64,000 nt of DNA. Origin: an uncultured Candidatus Saccharibacteria bacterium (GTDB lineage Bacteria > Patescibacteriota > Minisyncoccia > Phycocordibacterales > UBA918). The stretch covers positions 326,648 to 390,647 of the forward strand of contig CAYGJY010000001.1 in NCBI GenBank assembly GCA_964350645.1. Direction: 5' to 3'. Every line of letters starts with the position of its first letter. Within the stretch, counting starts at the first letter, position 1. Shown one piece after another: positions 9,609 to 18,935 of the stretch. A program made the position numbers and the translations under genes. The notes under the pieces were generated by a model that ran no database searches, was not told where the DNA came from, and worked only from the letters and a program-made list of their open reading frames with translations.

Positions 9609-10669
9609 TAGGAAATAATACCACCTCCCAAACAAACGTCATCTGCATAGAGTACACAAGATTGCCCCGCTGACGGAATGTCGTGAGCTTCGTTTATCTG
9701 TACTATAAGCGCTTTATGTGTCATGGAAGAAATTTTAGCCTTAAGTGGCCGCTGACGATAACGTGTCTGGAGCAACACTGTTGTTCCTACAGTCAACGTA
9801 TCTGTGAAGAGATTGAGGCTCGTAAGTGCCAGCTCTCCACTCTCTGGCTTCGTTGGCTTAGTGTGACTAACCGTTATGGTATTGGTTATTAGATTGCGCT
9901 CAATTACATAATATGGTGCTTGTGTATCACTATGAACGTTGATGGTAAAACCGTGGCGCTGACCGATAGTATAAACTTGAACACCTTTATGCTCCCCTAT
10001 TACATCACCAGTTTCATTTAGTACCTCACCAACTTGTAAGTCAATAAAGTGACTTAAAAACTCAGGAATATCAATGTGTCCAAGAAAACAGACCCCCTGA
10101 CTATCTTTCTTGGTAGCCACTGGAATCCCCGCTGCTAATGCTTCTCTTCTGATTTGTTCCTTGGGTGAATTACCAACTGGGAGTAAGACGTGTCTGAGGT
10201 GCTCTGCTGGAATCATCCACAAAAAATAACTCTGGTCCTTTTCAGTATCAACACCACGAAGTAGCTTTGGTGATTCGACGTTACTCACTTGGGCATAATG
10301 ACCAGTGGCAATATAGTCGGCTCCGTGCTTCATAGCAAAGTCATAAAACACACCAAATTTTACTGCTTTGTTGCAAAGTACATCAGGATTTGGTGTACGC
10401 CCAGCAGCATACTCAGCTATAAAATAATCAGCCACCCTTTGTTTATAGGCTTCTTGTGCATCACACATTAAAAATGGCATCTGCAGATGAGCGGCAACGC
10501 GCATAGCATCGAGACGCTCTGCCTCCCAGTTGCAGTCAATAAAATCAGGTTGCCAAACACGGATAAACACGCCGACCACATCATAGCCAGCCTGTTGAAG
10601 ACGAAGTGCTGCTACGGCAGAGTCAACACCACCTGAAATTCCCACAAATACTCTTCCCCGCGCTGTCAT
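9608..10669 (-). CDS. mnmA: tRNA 2-thiouridine(34) synthase
   Basis: SGGVDS, TPNPDVLCN, ATGHYA, KDQSYFL, DSQGVCF, TIGQR. Confidence 0.97.
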   Translation of the reverse strand: MTARGRVFVGISGGVDSAVAALRLQQAGYDVVGVFIRVWQPDFIDCNWEAERLDAMRVAAHLQMPFLMCDAQEAYKQRVADYFIAEYAAGRTPNPDVLCNKAVKFGVFYDFAMKHGADYIATGHYAQVSNVESPKLLRGVDTEKDQSYFLWMIPAEHLRHVLLPVGNSPKEQIRREALAAGIPVATKKDSQGVCFLGHIDIPEFLSHFIDLQVGEVLNETGDVIGEHKGVQVYTIGQRHGFTINVHSDTQAPYYVIERNLITNTITVSHTKPTKPESGELALTSLNLFTDTLTVGTTVLLQTRYRQRPLKAKISSMTHKALIVQINEAHDIPSAGQSCVLYADDVCLGGGIIS

Positions 10670-10691
10670 GATGTCGCTAGGCTAGCACAGC

Positions 10692-11690
10692 CTAGCGGAG
10701 ATAGCGAGCGATATTTGCCGTGTGTTCGGTGTAGGTTTCTGCGAAGTGAAAAACTCCATCCGGATCTGTAATGTAGTAGAAATATTCAGATGGTGTTGGC
10801 TCCAAGACAGCCTTAATAGCATCAAGTCCAGGGTTACCAATTGGCGTTGGCGTTAGTCCACGATAGAGGTACGTATTATAAAGAGAATCAATCTTGAGGT
10901 CTTCAGGAGTTAATTTAGACAAAGGTTTGTCGAGTATATATTCAATAGAAGCATCAGCTTGGAGTGGCATATCGATCGCTAAACGGTTTTGTAGGACACT
11001 GGAGACAAGTTTCATTGAATCAGCCGAGTTCGCTTCTCGTTCGAGAAGAGAAGCTAAAACAATAATTTCATATTCATTCAATGGATGAAATTCAATTTGA
11101 GAGCGCAGTGGTGAAATTTGTTCTTCGTAGGTGGATCGGAGTAAGTCATAAAACTCAGCATCAGTAAATTCTTCTGGCAAGAAATAGGTCTCAGGGAATA
11201 AAAAACCTTCGTCAGTTTCTGCATAAGAGATAAAGGATGTGGGTTTAAAATTATCGAGTTTTTCAGCGGCAATAGCAGCAATTTGCTTGACGGTACTGCC
11301 TTCTGGAATAGTGACCCGCACGAGCTCATCTTTCGGGCCAATTTTTGTAATTACTGAAGCAACTTCGGTAACTGGGACTGGATTGGCAAAAGAATATGTC
11401 CCTGCCCGAATGTCTGTGGCGTCATGGAGAAAAACTAAAGTTAGGTAAAGTAAATTACTAGAAGCGACATAATCATTTGCTTCAAATTGTTCAACTATAT
11501 CGCGCACTGTGCTGCCAGGTTCAATAGTAATTTGTGAATTAGCTGGGAAGTTAGTTGGAGCAGCATAATTGCGTGCGAGATACAGACCACCCACAATGCT
11601 GATAACCAAGGATATTAAAGCGCAGGTGATAACTATCAACTTAAGTGTTTTTATCAGAGAATGTGATTCTGGTTGGTCTTGGGGAATCAT
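10692..11690 (-). CDS. mltG: Endolytic transglycosylase
   Basis: N-terminal TM, EGFLFPETY, LASLLERE, LQADA, YNTY...GLTPTPIGNPG. Confidence 0.95.
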   Translation of the reverse strand: MIPQDQPESHSLIKTLKLIVITCALISLVISIVGGLYLARNYAAPTNFPANSQITIEPGSTVRDIVEQFEANDYVASSNLLYLTLVFLHDATDIRAGTYSFANPVPVTEVASVITKIGPKDELVRVTIPEGSTVKQIAAIAAEKLDNFKPTSFISYAETDEGFLFPETYFLPEEFTDAEFYDLLRSTYEEQISPLRSQIEFHPLNEYEIIVLASLLEREANSADSMKLVSSVLQNRLAIDMPLQADASIEYILDKPLSKLTPEDLKIDSLYNTYLYRGLTPTPIGNPGLDAIKAVLEPTPSEYFYYITDPDGVFHFAETYTEHTANIARYLR

Positions 11691-13078
11691 GGTTGTGTTG
11701 GTGGTTCAAAAATTGGAAGATTTGATGGTGCTTCCGCTCGGTTAGAGGCAATACGGTCAAGCGTTGGTGTCAGTGCTACTGTGCCCGGAATATGAAACAT
11801 GGTCGCCAGTTCTTCAACAGTCCAAATCTTTGGTTCGTCGCCCTGACAATGTGGAGCAAGTTTACGCAATTTGTAATGTTTGTGTTCAAGCGCCCTATAT
11901 TTTGGTAGCAAGTCTCCAAAAGGGTCTGAAAACCACATGTAGTTGAAATCTGTTCGCCATCTGACACCAATACTACCGCGTCCCACGCTGTCAAAAATAC
12001 TAAACGTTCGGTTAAGTGGATTAAGTAAGTCTGAGCGGAAGTGGCCCTTGCGCGCTGCATACAGGTAGCGAATATTGCCTCGAAAAGCGTGCTTCGTGGC
12101 ATTTCGTTCGATCGCTTCAACATCTTCTCGTTCGCCAGGAGAGATGCGTGGTGATCCTTCAAAATCAGTGTCCCCGGCATTGAGGGGACCTTTGGTTTCA
12201 TGGTCACGTTTAAGAAGTTCGTCTACCCGTTCTTCTGCCATTTTGTTCCAGCTTGGACCTTCAAACAACCGCAGATCACCTCGGACAAGACTTGGCTTAT
12301 TGGCAGCCCGGATAATAATTTGGAAATAGAGTCTTTCATTTGGTCCGATCTCTCCAAGACGATCAAGCAGAATTGTGATCGGATCTACTTTTTCTTCTTC
12401 TTTGGGATTGTCTTGTAGACCAAACTCAACGTACGTCTTAATCGGTCCCCATTTTTTATCTTTTTTGTTTAGATGAGTAGACCAAATTTCCCATTCTGGG
12501 TCGCCGACCTTAATTTCGCCCGCATAGTCCACTGGCTCCTCTACGAGCTCAATCCCTGGGTATTGGGAGTATATGCTGGGCACAAACTGTTCTTTCATTT
12601 TTTTGCGTGAAATGTTCACATAAAAGCGGACATCTCCCCCAATTGAAACCATCTCAAGCGAAGCGGGTTGCGGGGCTTTCCCTTGAATCCAGCCTTCATA
12701 GAAGTTATCCGGAGTAGCTTGATTCCAGAGCTGGTTTAAGACAAACTCCATTGCTTCAGGGGATTTTAGAACCTCTTGAGGTAATTTGATTCGGTATTGA
12801 ATTCTGCCCTGTTGTAAATAAAAACGCTTCCTAATGCCATCAAAATGTCTGAAGTGCCAAATAGAAAAGGTTATTAATGGTAGCCAAATCGGTGCCAAGG
12901 TGAAGAAAAAGGAAAATCCAGATGGTAACAATGTGTCAGAAACTGACCACACAGTGTAAAGCAGAAAAGCGCAAATGCCCGTAACAATATACGCAAAGTC
13001 AAGGTTATTTTCTGAGAGCCAGCTAATGGTGCCGCCAATGTACGGCAGGTCATTAAACGTAAAGTTAGTAAACGGCAT
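11687..13078 (-). CDS. Conserved CPR membrane-anchored hypothetical protein
   Basis: Two N-terminal TMs; motifs KSPEAME, SLEMVS, IYSQYPGIELVE, EELATMFHIP, EAPSNLP. Start moved to 13078; ATGA overlap with mltG. Confidence 0.7.
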   Translation of the reverse strand: MPFTNFTFNDLPYIGGTISWLSENNLDFAYIVTGICAFLLYTVWSVSDTLLPSGFSFFFTLAPIWLPLITFSIWHFRHFDGIRKRFYLQQGRIQYRIKLPQEVLKSPEAMEFVLNQLWNQATPDNFYEGWIQGKAPQPASLEMVSIGGDVRFYVNISRKKMKEQFVPSIYSQYPGIELVEEPVDYAGEIKVGDPEWEIWSTHLNKKDKKWGPIKTYVEFGLQDNPKEEEKVDPITILLDRLGEIGPNERLYFQIIIRAANKPSLVRGDLRLFEGPSWNKMAEERVDELLKRDHETKGPLNAGDTDFEGSPRISPGEREDVEAIERNATKHAFRGNIRYLYAARKGHFRSDLLNPLNRTFSIFDSVGRGSIGVRWRTDFNYMWFSDPFGDLLPKYRALEHKHYKLRKLAPHCQGDEPKIWTVEELATMFHIPGTVALTPTLDRIASNRAEAPSNLPIFEPPTQP

Positions 13079-13094
13079 AGGCAGTCTTATTGTA

Positions 13095-13141
13095 CAACAC
13101 ACCGGCCCAGTTTTGCGAAGCAAAACTGGGCCGGTGTGTTG
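13095..13141. terminator. Perfect 22-bp hairpin with GCGAAGC cap
   Basis: CAACACACCGGCCCAGTTTTGC-GAA-GCAAAACTGGGCCGGTGTGTTG. Confidence 0.75.
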
Positions 13142-13151
13142 AAAGCATATA

Positions 13152-14177
13152 TTATTCAGTGATTACGTAGGTGCCGTTACTGAGGCGTTTGAAAAGATTT
13201 CCGTCTTGGAGATTGACTACGATAGTGTTGTCTTTGACGTAGCGTTCTTTGCGAACTTTGTCGATTATTTCTTCACGAGAGAGTGGGCCGTGTTTTTCAA
13301 GAATATCCCGAAGGACATCCTTTACCACACCAGCCGAGTAGCCCCACTCCGTAAGAGCGTAGAGACCGCGACCTACTAACACAAAGCGCTCGTCTTTAAT
13401 AAGTTCGTTGTGGGTAGTTGCAGTGTGAGCTTTACGACTAAACAGTTCTTCGATTGCCTCAGCGACTTCACGGAAGTGCATCGGTGAGCCATGTCGTTTG
13501 ACTACCAAGTAAGCGTAATCACGGATCCCTTTCACCCGCACGTTTGGGCTCGCAGCGTGTCCCCATTCGCCAAGTGGATTACTTGAAATTTCTTTAGAAA
13601 TTTGTAGCCAGCGCTTTAAAATTGCTTCGTCTTGTTTGTCTGCAATGCCAATCAGTTCATTACGAAATCGTTCCAAAACTTCTTCTTCTGAAACAAGTTC
13701 ATCTCGATTAAGTGACTGATGAACATTCTTGAGACCTTTCTCAACAATGTCAGCTATTTTCTTTTCTGTGTACCAACGATGTGCGTATGAGGTATTTTCT
13801 TTACTTCGATAGAATGGGTCACCAAGTACAAGGAGGAAATAGATATCGTTACGGGTCGCTGGGTCGCTGGCGATCTCTTGCAATAAGATATGTTCAGGGA
13901 TAACACCACCACCAAGAGTTTCAATCACTGTGTGCAGCTGCTGAAAAGCATCTGAAAATTCTTTATATACGTCAGATTTCTGAATTGATTGAATACCATA
14001 GTTTTCAATCTGGCGGACTCGTTCACGAGTAATACCATAGGTTTGACCAATAGCCTCTAGAGTATAGGTGTCAGTGTCTTTACCTAGACCATAACGTTTC
14101 TCGAGTACATCTCGAGCGCGATCAGGCAAAACAGCCAACATTTTAGTGCTTACTTGTTTTGGTTTAAACGTAATCAT
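13152..14177 (-). CDS. Sigma70 region-4 HTH plus HARE-HTH (RNAP delta-like) protein
   Basis: RYGL...TLEAIGQTYGITRERVRQIE; C-terminal PMHFREVAEAI...RFVLVGRGLYALTEWG followed by a second winged-HTH-like repeat. Confidence 0.8.
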   Translation of the reverse strand: MITFKPKQVSTKMLAVLPDRARDVLEKRYGLGKDTDTYTLEAIGQTYGITRERVRQIENYGIQSIQKSDVYKEFSDAFQQLHTVIETLGGGVIPEHILLQEIASDPATRNDIYFLLVLGDPFYRSKENTSYAHRWYTEKKIADIVEKGLKNVHQSLNRDELVSEEEVLERFRNELIGIADKQDEAILKRWLQISKEISSNPLGEWGHAASPNVRVKGIRDYAYLVVKRHGSPMHFREVAEAIEELFSRKAHTATTHNELIKDERFVLVGRGLYALTEWGYSAGVVKDVLRDILEKHGPLSREEIIDKVRKERYVKDNTIVVNLQDGNLFKRLSNGTYVITE

Positions 14178-14288
14178 ACTGTTGTAATTTCTAATTCCTT
14201 TGCCTCAGATCGTCAGTGATTTGAGGTAATACATCTATGCGTAGCTGTATTTGTAACATTACTGTTGACAATCGTCAAGTATCTTGTG

Positions 14289-16793
14289 TTATTTAGTTAC
14301 AATGATGTTCAAGATCTTCCCTGGTTTGTAAATAACTTTAGTAACTTCTCCATCTTTCAGCCACTTAGCTAAGTTTTGGTTGGCTTTAGTGGCTTCAAGG
14401 ACGCTCGCTTCGCTCGCATCCAGCGCCACTGTAATATCACCCCGCACCTTGCCATTAATCTGTACCCCAATAGTGACGACATCGTCTTTAGCCAGGGCCA
14501 TATCTGCTTCAGGAAATGCCTCCAAGTGAATTGAGGTTTCCCCTCCAAGCTCAGACCACAGCTCTTCAGCTAGGTGTGGTGCTAGTGGTGCTAAGAGTAA
14601 AAGCAAAGTCCGGTATGATGCAGCCGAGATGCCTTCCTTTTCCACTGAGTTAATCAGTACCATCATGGCACTAATGGCTGTATTGAACTTATATTGTGGA
14701 ATGTCTTGCCGCAATTTTTGAATAGTCTTATGAAGCTGCTTAGTCACTTCAGCTGGCTCAGAGTCAACAATATGCTCTGACAGTCCATTTACCCGCTCCA
14801 AGAAGCGTCTGATGCCAGCGATACCACCCATGTCCCATGGGTAGTTTGCGCCTTCGTATGGACCCATAAAGCCAAGATAGAGTTTAACCGAGTCAGCTCC
14901 AACTAACTTCACCTGTTCATCCGGGTCAATCACGTTCCCTTTACTTTTGCTCATTTTATTACCGTCAGGACCCAGGATCAGACCGCGGTTGATGCGTCGC
15001 TTATATGGCTCAGCGTGGACCGCTAGCCCCATATCAAAAAGAGCTTTTTGCCAAAAGCGTGAGTAAAGCAAGTGCATCGTGGTGTGCTCGGCTCCACCAA
15101 AGTACATATCAACCTGCATCCAGTCTTTTTGCGCTTCGAGACTCGCCAGTGAATCTTCATTTTCATTATCGATATAGCGCATGAAGTACCATGAAGAATC
15201 GACAAAGGTATCGAGGGTTTCAACTTCTGGCGTCCAGCCAGCTCCAAAAATATCTTCCGTGCGTTTCTTGAGTTCGGCACTTTTAGCGAGCGGCGGTTCA
15301 CCGGTTGGCTTGAAATCAACATCTTCTGGTAGTGTCCATGGTAAGTGCTCCTTGGGGATTGGATGCGCCTTCCCGGCCGGATCGTACACAATCGGAATTG
15401 GCACTCCCCAATAGCGCTGACGACCAACAGACCAGTCACGCAGACGATAGGTATTAGTCATCCGACCACCGACTTTTTCTGTGATGGCAATCTTGGCTTC
15501 TTCAGAACTCACTCCATCAAATTCACCAGAGTTGATCAAAATGCCGGGTCCAGTCCAGCAATAACTCCCCTCTTTAATAGCATCAATCGTCGCTTTTCTA
15601 TTCCTATTAATTGCCTCGCTTAAGGTCGAATTTTCTGGATGTGCATTTATAATTGGTCCGGCGAAGTGTCTGCGTAAGTCTGGTAGTGAGAAATCAGGCT
15701 TAATAACATCTATTAGTTCAATATTGTAGATTTCAGCAAATTCTTTATCTCTATCATCATGCCCTGGTACAGCCATAATTGCCCCAGTCCCATAACTCGC
15801 TAGTACATAGTCGGCGATGTACACTGGGATTTCTTCGCCTGAAGCTGGGTTAGTGGCAGTAATACCTTCCAACTTTACGCCAGTTTTTTCCTTGGTGTCG
15901 TTAAGTCGGTCTTGTTCGTCTTTCTGCTTTGTTATTTCAATATAGGTGGCTACTTCGTTCCAGTTTGTGATTGTCGCTTGGTTTTTGGTTACGAGTGGGT
16001 GCTCTGGAGCTAGAACTAAAAACGTCGCCCCATAGAGCGTATCTGCCCTGGTGGTAAATACAGTCACTTGATCATCGGTAGACAGTTTAAAATCAATTTC
16101 TGAGCCTGCAGAGCGGCCAATCCACTGTCGTTGTGCTTCTTTAATATGTTCAGGCCAGTCGAGTGTCTCAAGGTCGTCAACTAAGCGGTCAGCGTAGTCA
16201 GTAATCTTCAACATCCACTGGGGCATTTCTTTCTTTTCGATCTTGTCGCCTGACCGCTCACAGGTGTCGTCTGGAAGAACTTGTTCATTGGCAATCACTG
16301 TATTACAACCAGGGCACCAGTTCACTTTTCCTTTACCTCGGTACGCGATACCTTTTTCAAAGAATTGAGTAAACATCCACTGTGTCCATTTGTAGTAGTC
16401 CGGATCAGTCGTTGAAGCAGACATATTCCAAGTGAAAGAATTACCCATGTTACCTAGTTGGGTTTTCATGTAGTCAATATTTCCTTCAGTCCATTCCTTT
16501 GGATTGATATTGTTTTTGATCGCAGCGTTTTCTGCCGGTAGTCCAAAAGCGTCAAAACCCATTGGGTAGATAACTTGTTTCCCCATCATGCGCTGAAAAC
16601 GCACATAGATATCGGGTACACCAAAGGCGTACCAGTGGCCAATATGCAGGTTACCCGAGGGATACGGGAGTTCGACAAGGATGTATTCCTTTTCCTTGCT
16701 TTCATCGCGTTTAGTCACATCGTAGAGACCATCAGCTGCCCATTTCTCTTGCCACTTCTTTTCAATTGCCTGATTATCAAACTTTTTGTGCAT
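14289..16793 (-). CDS. leuS: Leucine--tRNA ligase
   Basis: PYPSGNLHIGH, FTTRADT, GTGAIMAVPGHD, KMSKS. Confidence 0.98.
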   Translation of the reverse strand: MHKKFDNQAIEKKWQEKWAADGLYDVTKRDESKEKEYILVELPYPSGNLHIGHWYAFGVPDIYVRFQRMMGKQVIYPMGFDAFGLPAENAAIKNNINPKEWTEGNIDYMKTQLGNMGNSFTWNMSASTTDPDYYKWTQWMFTQFFEKGIAYRGKGKVNWCPGCNTVIANEQVLPDDTCERSGDKIEKKEMPQWMLKITDYADRLVDDLETLDWPEHIKEAQRQWIGRSAGSEIDFKLSTDDQVTVFTTRADTLYGATFLVLAPEHPLVTKNQATITNWNEVATYIEITKQKDEQDRLNDTKEKTGVKLEGITATNPASGEEIPVYIADYVLASYGTGAIMAVPGHDDRDKEFAEIYNIELIDVIKPDFSLPDLRRHFAGPIINAHPENSTLSEAINRNRKATIDAIKEGSYCWTGPGILINSGEFDGVSSEEAKIAITEKVGGRMTNTYRLRDWSVGRQRYWGVPIPIVYDPAGKAHPIPKEHLPWTLPEDVDFKPTGEPPLAKSAELKKRTEDIFGAGWTPEVETLDTFVDSSWYFMRYIDNENEDSLASLEAQKDWMQVDMYFGGAEHTTMHLLYSRFWQKALFDMGLAVHAEPYKRRINRGLILGPDGNKMSKSKGNVIDPDEQVKLVGADSVKLYLGFMGPYEGANYPWDMGGIAGIRRFLERVNGLSEHIVDSEPAEVTKQLHKTIQKLRQDIPQYKFNTAISAMMVLINSVEKEGISAASYRTLLLLLAPLAPHLAEELWSELGGETSIHLEAFPEADMALAKDDVVTIGVQINGKVRGDITVALDASEASVLEATKANQNLAKWLKDGEVTKVIYKPGKILNIIVTK

Positions 16794-16921
16794 AAAAACC
16801 TCTACGTGTTTAGTAAATAACGTAGAGGTATTATGCCTCGAAAGAATAATTTGTACAGTTTTGTCAGGCTATGGTAAGCGACTAATCCGTTATTAACTGA
16901 TTTAGTGACTCCATATTTAAT

Positions 16922-17821
16922 TTATGGTCGATACTGGTCATCAATCACGCGTTCAAAACAGTAGGTTCCAGCTAGGTACGTCCAATCGTAATTTTTTTCG
17001 CCTACTGGGTAGGCTCGGGAGTATTCATCTCGTACAGAATCTTTACTAAACTCTGCGCAGAGTTGGTACTCAGTGTCGCTTTCTACTTCATACGTGTAAG
17101 CTGCCCGTCCTTCAGGGGCTTCTGGGACAGGGAGATTGCCATACACTGCTTCAATATTTTCAGGGAGTGACTCGTTAGTACGGTAGTAGTCTTCGATCCG
17201 CCATTGCATGTCTTGCAAGTCGCCTACTTGGTTGTTATCGATCTTCATCTCGCGTACGTCAGCAGGAGTTTCTGAGTTCATGAAGCCAACAATAACAGCG
17301 AGTAGCACAACAGCACTGGCACCAATGCCAAACATAATAGATTGCTTTTCGTGTGTCTGCCAGTACCCTTGAGCGTCTTTTAAGTAGTAGTAGAAAGCAG
17401 CTCCAATACCGATCGCTAAGACAGCCGCTTTAAGTGCAAATCGTACTGTCAGTTCTCCATTTAAGAAACCATAAATTACAACAACAAAATCACCGAGTAA
17501 CACCGCCCCACCAACTAAAAGTGACAAGTAGATAAGCCACTTGGTAAGTGATAGATACATCCCCTCTTCTCGGCGACGGATTTGATTCATAGTGCGGGTT
17601 AGCCATAGATAGACAGGGAAAAACACCACCAGCATCGCAATTGAAAATTTAATACTTGAAGAAGCTTGTTCGATCTGCCAGTAGTTATCAGCTGCGTCAG
17701 GAAGGGTGACATTAATAATGCTAAATAACAAAACCACCAGTGATGTAAGAGACGCGTAGAGGGTTATAAGAGCTCCAAGCTGGAGGGCAAAGTTTTTTGG
17801 TGTGTTCATACTATTTTTCAT
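16922..17821 (-). CDS. Multi-TM protein, DUF5671-like
   Basis: Five TM segments, FLNGELTVRF motif, pilin-like C-terminal domain (YEVESDTEYQLCAEF). Confidence 0.65.
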   Translation of the reverse strand: MKNSMNTPKNFALQLGALITLYASLTSLVVLLFSIINVTLPDAADNYWQIEQASSSIKFSIAMLVVFFPVYLWLTRTMNQIRRREEGMYLSLTKWLIYLSLLVGGAVLLGDFVVVIYGFLNGELTVRFALKAAVLAIGIGAAFYYYLKDAQGYWQTHEKQSIMFGIGASAVVLLAVIVGFMNSETPADVREMKIDNNQVGDLQDMQWRIEDYYRTNESLPENIEAVYGNLPVPEAPEGRAAYTYEVESDTEYQLCAEFSKDSVRDEYSRAYPVGEKNYDWTYLAGTYCFERVIDDQYRP

Positions 17822-18101
17822 TTAAATTTGATAATTCTACTCTGATCAATCTTTCTAATTCACTATATCTGTTAGTTTTAAACAAAAACTCCTGGAATTT
17901 AGTTTTGTTTTGTATACGAACCAAAAATTTTGTGTTTGGTTCAACATTTGTGGGCGGACTAGCACTAAGGACAGTAGCCTCACCAACTAAATTGAGTTTT
18001 TTGTCAAGAATTGGATAAGCAATATTAATGTTGATTCCCTTGGTAAAGAGTGGACCTTGCTCAACTTCAACAGCGCCTGATGGTTGACCTTCGATGCTCA
18101 T
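17811..18101 (-). CDS. Hypothetical AT-rich protein
   Basis: 96 aa; -10 box 7 nt upstream; overlaps the next gene. Confidence 0.5.
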   Translation of the reverse strand: MSIEGQPSGAVEVEQGPLFTKGININIAYPILDKKLNLVGEATVLSASPPTNVEPNTKFLVRIQNKTKFQEFLFKTNRYSELERLIRVELSNLNEK

Positions 18102-18106
18102 AACTT

Positions 18107-18118
18107 GTAGTATACTAC
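18107..18118. promoter_or_regulatory. Palindromic bidirectional -10 element
   Basis: GTAGTATACTAC gives TATACT on both strands, 7 and 8 nt from the two divergent ATGs. Confidence 0.65.
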
Positions 18119-18124
18119 GTATCT

Positions 18125-18394
18125 ATGAAACCAGAAGATCTTAAAAAAGCGCCAAAATTATTTGCCGAAAATATTAAAATTGGCTTTACCCCTGAATACT
18201 TTGTTATGGGTGTAAGCTCCGGTGCCCAGGCGCAGATTTATTCACTTACACCTGGTCACGCTAAGCGATTGCAGCAGTATCTCAGCCATGAACTAGCATC
18301 GTTTGAAAAAGAGCATGGAGAAATCACTGCTGAATGGAATCCGAACGTAGTGAGTCCAGTGCAAAAGGCCAATCCACCAACTGAAGGCAGTTAG
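18125..18394 (+). CDS. DUF3467-like small protein
   Basis: FAENIKIGFTPEYF...TPGHAKRL...FEKEHGEI. Confidence 0.65.
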   Translation: MKPEDLKKAPKLFAENIKIGFTPEYFVMGVSSGAQAQIYSLTPGHAKRLQQYLSHELASFEKEHGEITAEWNPNVVSPVQKANPPTEGS

Positions 18395-18927
18395 ACAACT
18401 TCGTTTTTAGTCTTGATGATATAGATGTAAAGTACAATCAAGAAAGCGAACATAATCGCCGACAAAAGTGGGAATGTCAGAAAGCCAAATTCAAACAGAA
18501 TTCGCTTGGCACAGTCTGCTCCCTCGCCAGCAGTTGGACACGCTACGAGCTCTGCTCCACCCATTTGCAGGTAGTGCTGATAGAGTGCAACAATAATTCC
18601 TGGTATAGACAGAACTATGCCATACACTGCAACAGTTTTATCTTTAATCCACAGCGCTGTACCAGTCATGAAGATCTGTGGATACATAAAAACTCGTTGT
18701 AGCCAGCAGAGACCACACGGCACAAAGCCAAACACTTCAGAATAGAGTAGTGTCATAGCACCGGCGCCAACCGTAATTATAAAGGCAATCAACAGACCCC
18801 ATTGCCGGACAAGCTGTGCTAGTGATCGAGTAGTTTTGAGGTCAACCACTAAAAAAACTGTTGTAAGCAGTAGGACGACACCACCAAGAGCTAACAAGAA
18901 GTTTAAAAATTCAATCGTTTCGTTCAT
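18391..18927 (-). CDS. dsbB: Disulfide bond formation protein B family
   Basis: PCGLCWLQRVFMYP, a second Cys pair, 4-5 TMs. Confidence 0.9.
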   Translation of the reverse strand: MNETIEFLNFLLALGGVVLLLTTVFLVVDLKTTRSLAQLVRQWGLLIAFIITVGAGAMTLLYSEVFGFVPCGLCWLQRVFMYPQIFMTGTALWIKDKTVAVYGIVLSIPGIIVALYQHYLQMGGAELVACPTAGEGADCAKRILFEFGFLTFPLLSAIMFAFLIVLYIYIIKTKNEVV

Positions 18928-18935
18928 AGCCGAAG

